A stretch of 64,000 nt of DNA from an uncultured bacterium (GTDB lineage: Bacteria; Patescibacteriota; Minisyncoccia; Phycocordibacterales; GWA1-40-21): contig CAWJAN010000001.1 in assembly GCA_963840885.1 (NCBI GenBank), forward strand, positions 181,356 to 245,355. Direction: 5' to 3'. Both the position numbers and the translations under genes were made by a program. Every line of letters starts with the position of its first letter. Position 1 is the stretch's first letter. Below are positions 61,067-64,000 of this stretch, piece after piece. The notes beneath the pieces were generated by a model. That model had not been told where the DNA came from and searched no databases. It saw only the letters and a program-made list of their open reading frames with translations.

Positions 61067-62131
61067 TTATAGCATTCTCTGCAAAATCTTCGAATCCGTA
61101 GCATAAACATATGCATTCTCAACAGTTATTTCTCCCCTGGCAACAAGTTCCGCCAGGCTTCTGTTCATATCAACCATTCCTTCCTGCGAACTTGTTTCTA
61201 TGACTGAATTTATTTCATGAATCCTGTTTTCCCTGATGAGATTTGATACGGCATTATTATTCATCAAAAGTTCGTATGCAGGAATAAGGCCGCCGGAAAC
61301 TCTTGGAATAAGCCTTTGCGAAAGTATTCCCATCAAGCTTCCGGCCAGCTGGATTCTTATCTGTCCCTGCTGTTCGGCAGGAAAAGAATCTATGATTCTT
61401 GAAATTGTCTGCGCCGCGGAATTCGTATGAAGCGTGGAAAAAACCAAATGCCCGGTTTCCGCAGCGGTCACAGCTGTGCCTATGGTGTCTATCCCTCTCA
61501 TCTCTCCGATCATAGCCACATTTATGTCTTCCCTGAACATGCTCTGCAGGGCTGTAGGGAAATCTTTCGTATCAAGCCTTATTTCTCTCTGATCCACTAT
61601 GGATTTTTTCTGTTCGAAAACATACTCGATGGGATCTTCGATTGTTATTATATGTTCGGTTCTGGATTCATTTATCTCTTCTATCATTGCGGCGAGCGTA
61701 GTGGTTTTTCCATGGCCTATCGGTCCGACGACAAGGAAGAATCCCTGTGGCTTTTCAGTGAAAGATTTGAGTATGTCGGGAAGATTGAGCTCTTTGAAAT
61801 TCCTGATCTTTTTAGGAATGAGTCTCAGCGCTATGCCTATTTTCCCTTGCTGGAAGAAACAATTGCCCCTGAACCTGTTTCCGTTTTCTGCTCCGTAAGA
61901 AAAATCAAATTCTTTTTTATTCAGGAATTCATCAAAATTTTCCTTTCCTATGAGCTCGTTCAGAAGCCCTCTTACTTCATCTGAGCTGAATTCTTCTTTC
62001 TTTACAAGAGGAAGAAGAAGGCCTGTAACCCTTATTATGGGCTTTCTTCCTTCTCCTATGTGCAGGTCCGAAGCTCCTTCTTCTGAAACTATCTTGACCA
62101 GGTCATTTAATTCTTCTTTGTAATTCATCAA
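61067..62131 (-). CDS. pilT: Type IV pilus retraction ATPase
   Basis: ASDLH, G.GKTTTLAA, TIEDPIE, AAETGHLVFSTLHT, AVSNLIRE. Confidence 0.92.
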   Translation of the reverse strand: MMNYKEELNDLVKIVSEEGASDLHIGEGRKPIIRVTGLLLPLVKKEEFSSDEVRGLLNELIGKENFDEFLNKKEFDFSYGAENGNRFRGNCFFQQGKIGIALRLIPKKIRNFKELNLPDILKSFTEKPQGFFLVVGPIGHGKTTTLAAMIEEINESRTEHIITIEDPIEYVFEQKKSIVDQREIRLDTKDFPTALQSMFREDINVAMIGEMRGIDTIGTAVTAAETGHLVFSTLHTNSAAQTISRIIDSFPAEQQGQIRIQLAGSLMGILSQRLIPRVSGGLIPAYELLMNNNAVSNLIRENRIHEINSVIETSSQEGMVDMNRSLAELVARGEITVENAYVYATDSKILQRML

Positions 62132-62165
62132 TTTTTTGTTATTTTTTCGGTTAAAAATTTTCTGG

Positions 62166-62555
62166 CTACTCCATCGTCTTATCGTAAATCTTGAAAACTT
62201 CGTCTACGACTTCCGAAGGTATTGTGGTGGCCTTTATTATATAGCCGTTGAAGCCCATTTCTTTTGCCCTTTCTATGTCTGCCGATGTTCCTTGATTCGT
62301 CAAAATGACCGAGACCATGCTATTTACAAGATTTCCTTTCTTCATCTCGTCGTATATGGCGAAACCGTCCATATTCGGCATAACGAGATCAATTATCAGT
62401 ATATCGGGCTTGAAATCCCCTTTCAATATGGAAATTGCGTCCTGTCCGTTATCAGCCGTCTTGACGTCGCAATTATTTTTTTCAAACTTCATCGCATACA
62501 TGCCGAGAAGAAAGTTGTCGTCATCGACTATTAAAATCTTTTTCTTTTCTGCCAT
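62166..62555 (-). CDS. Single-domain response regulator
   Basis: LIVDDD, DLVMPNMDG, LTN, YIIK. Confidence 0.9.
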   Translation of the reverse strand: MAEKKKILIVDDDNFLLGMYAMKFEKNNCDVKTADNGQDAISILKGDFKPDILIIDLVMPNMDGFAIYDEMKKGNLVNSMVSVILTNQGTSADIERAKEMGFNGYIIKATTIPSEVVDEVFKIYDKTME

Positions 62556-62594
62556 AATTATACTCGGCTAATTATATCACTTATAAAGAACGAA

Positions 62595-64000
62595 TTACAA
62601 TTGATTCACTTCCTCGAATGGTATTTCTTTGTTTACTGACTTTATTATCGCGTCTTCTTTCATCGTAAGAAGGCCTTGTTTTCTTGCCACCTTGAATACT
62701 TCCGATTCTACCGGATTTTTCAGAATGACATCTTCTATTTCCGGGCTCATCTTGAACATTTCAAATACGCCTATCCTGCCTTTGACTCCAGTAGGGCATT
62801 GCGGAGTCGATTCGGCTTCATATATTTGTTTGCCTGTAGGAATTTCATCCCTGAAAGCCGATGGAACGTCTTGGAATTGCTTATCTATCATGGACTGAAT
62901 GCTTTCCGTAATAGGCGCCGGCTTCCCGGTATCCGGGCAAAGCTTCCTGACAAGCCTTTGGGCAACCGCCAATATAAGAGTGGGCGGAATAAGATATGGA
63001 TCAACGCCCATATCTATAAGTCTTGGAACAACTCCTGTTGCGCTGTTTGTGTGTATTGTTGAGAGAACCAAGTGTCCGGTAAGCGCCGCTTGCACAGCAA
63101 GCTGGGCAGTTTCTTTGTCTCTGATTTCTCCGACCATTATGATGTTGGGGTCTTGCCTTAATGTAGTACGCAGGCCGTTTGCGAAATCGTATCCGATTTC
63201 CGGAAAAACCTGCGACTGGCTTACGCCGTCTATATTGTATTCGATAGGATCTTCAAGAGAAAGTACGTTCTGGGTATTTTTGTCTATTTCTTCAAGAATC
63301 GCATAAAGCGTAGTCGTCTTACCGGAACCGGTCGGACCTGAAATCAAAATCATTCCATACGGCCTCTGCGTGGCATCTCGGAGCATCTTAAGATATCTTT
63401 TGGAAAATCCCATTTCTTCGAGCTTCCTTATTCCTCTTTCCTGATCAAGTATCCTCATAACGACTTTTTCGCCGTAATACGTGGGGAAAGTCGAAACACG
63501 GAAATCTATTTTCCTTCCTTCTATTTTTGCGGAAAATCTTCCGTCTTGCGGCTTTCTTTTTTCGTCGAGGCGCATATTGGAAAGTATTTTTATCCTGGCA
63601 ACCACAGCCTGGTGAACTTCAAGCGGCAATACGAGGCTGGTATTAAGGATTCCATCCACCCTGAATCTGACGCGGATTTTATCCGACATGGCTTCGATAT
63701 GAACGTCTGACGCATTGCCTTCTGTCGCATATCTGAGTATTGTGGCTACGATCTTCGTGACCGGAGCGTCTTCTATTATCTTTGTTTCTACTTTTTTATC
63801 TTTATCCTTGTCGGAAGTTATTTCTATATTTTCAAGATCAGTCGAAAGCTCAGATTCAAGCTCGGTAAGGGCCTTGGTGACTTCCCCGGAAAGGCCTTTG
63901 TAGCTGCTGATGACTTTCTTGTAATCCTTTTCTGAAATTATGAAAATCTTATACGGAATATTCAGCTTGCCGACGATAAAATTTATGGCGTCTCTGGCTT
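62595..64000 (-). CDS. pilB: Type IV pilus assembly ATPase PilB/GspE (N-terminus beyond window end)
   Basis: ASDVHIE, RFRVDG, PQDGR, GPTGSGKTTT, LRQDP, TGHLVLST; frame appears open to the window edge. Confidence 0.92.
   Translation of the reverse strand, partial: ARDAINFIVGKLNIPYKIFIISEKDYKKVISSYKGLSGEVTKALTELESELSTDLENIEITSDKDKDKKVETKIIEDAPVTKIVATILRYATEGNASDVHIEAMSDKIRVRFRVDGILNTSLVLPLEVHQAVVARIKILSNMRLDEKRKPQDGRFSAKIEGRKIDFRVSTFPTYYGEKVVMRILDQERGIRKLEEMGFSKRYLKMLRDATQRPYGMILISGPTGSGKTTTLYAILEEIDKNTQNVLSLEDPIEYNIDGVSQSQVFPEIGYDFANGLRTTLRQDPNIIMVGEIRDKETAQLAVQAALTGHLVLSTIHTNSATGVVPRLIDMGVDPYLIPPTLILAVAQRLVRKLCPDTGKPAPITESIQSMIDKQFQDVPSAFRDEIPTGKQIYEAESTPQCPTGVKGRIGVFEMFKMSPEIEDVILKNPVESEVFKVARKQGLLTMKEDAIIKSVNKEIPFEEVNQL

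Overview
This is an AT-rich bacterial chromosome segment using the standard code (TGA is a stop). Its gene content and style point to Patescibacteria/CPR, probably Parcubacteria (inference): short IF2 and RF2, class II RNR, a full type IV pilus locus and many Ser/Thr-rich exported proteins. It holds housekeeping genes (lepA, clpB, iscS, infB-rbfA, nrdJ, htpX/lemA, secG, rnj, ftsEX, prfB, gatCA, ligA, pilB/T/C/D and pilins), 13 tRNA genes and a 1830-aa repeat-rich surface protein. Three observations stand out. (1) A ~5-kb island splits the minor-pilin operon. It carries a radical SAM/SPASM enzyme and a 57-aa precursor peptide with four Tyr-x-Asp motifs that is missing from the ORF track, followed by a TraB/Tiki-like protein and a methyltransferase. 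This is a candidate cyclophane (triceptide-like) RiPP locus, bracketed by two paralogous lipoproteins. (2) A ~160-170-nt structured element follows the 3' end of two different tRNA genes. Its conserved core is wrapped in sense and antisense copies of the local tRNA's T-arm/acceptor sequence. (3) Two small GIY-YIG genes look like mini mobile elements, one bounded by a duplicated tRNA 5' end and one by inverted repeats that encode its C-terminus. All calls come from reading the sequence; no searches were run.
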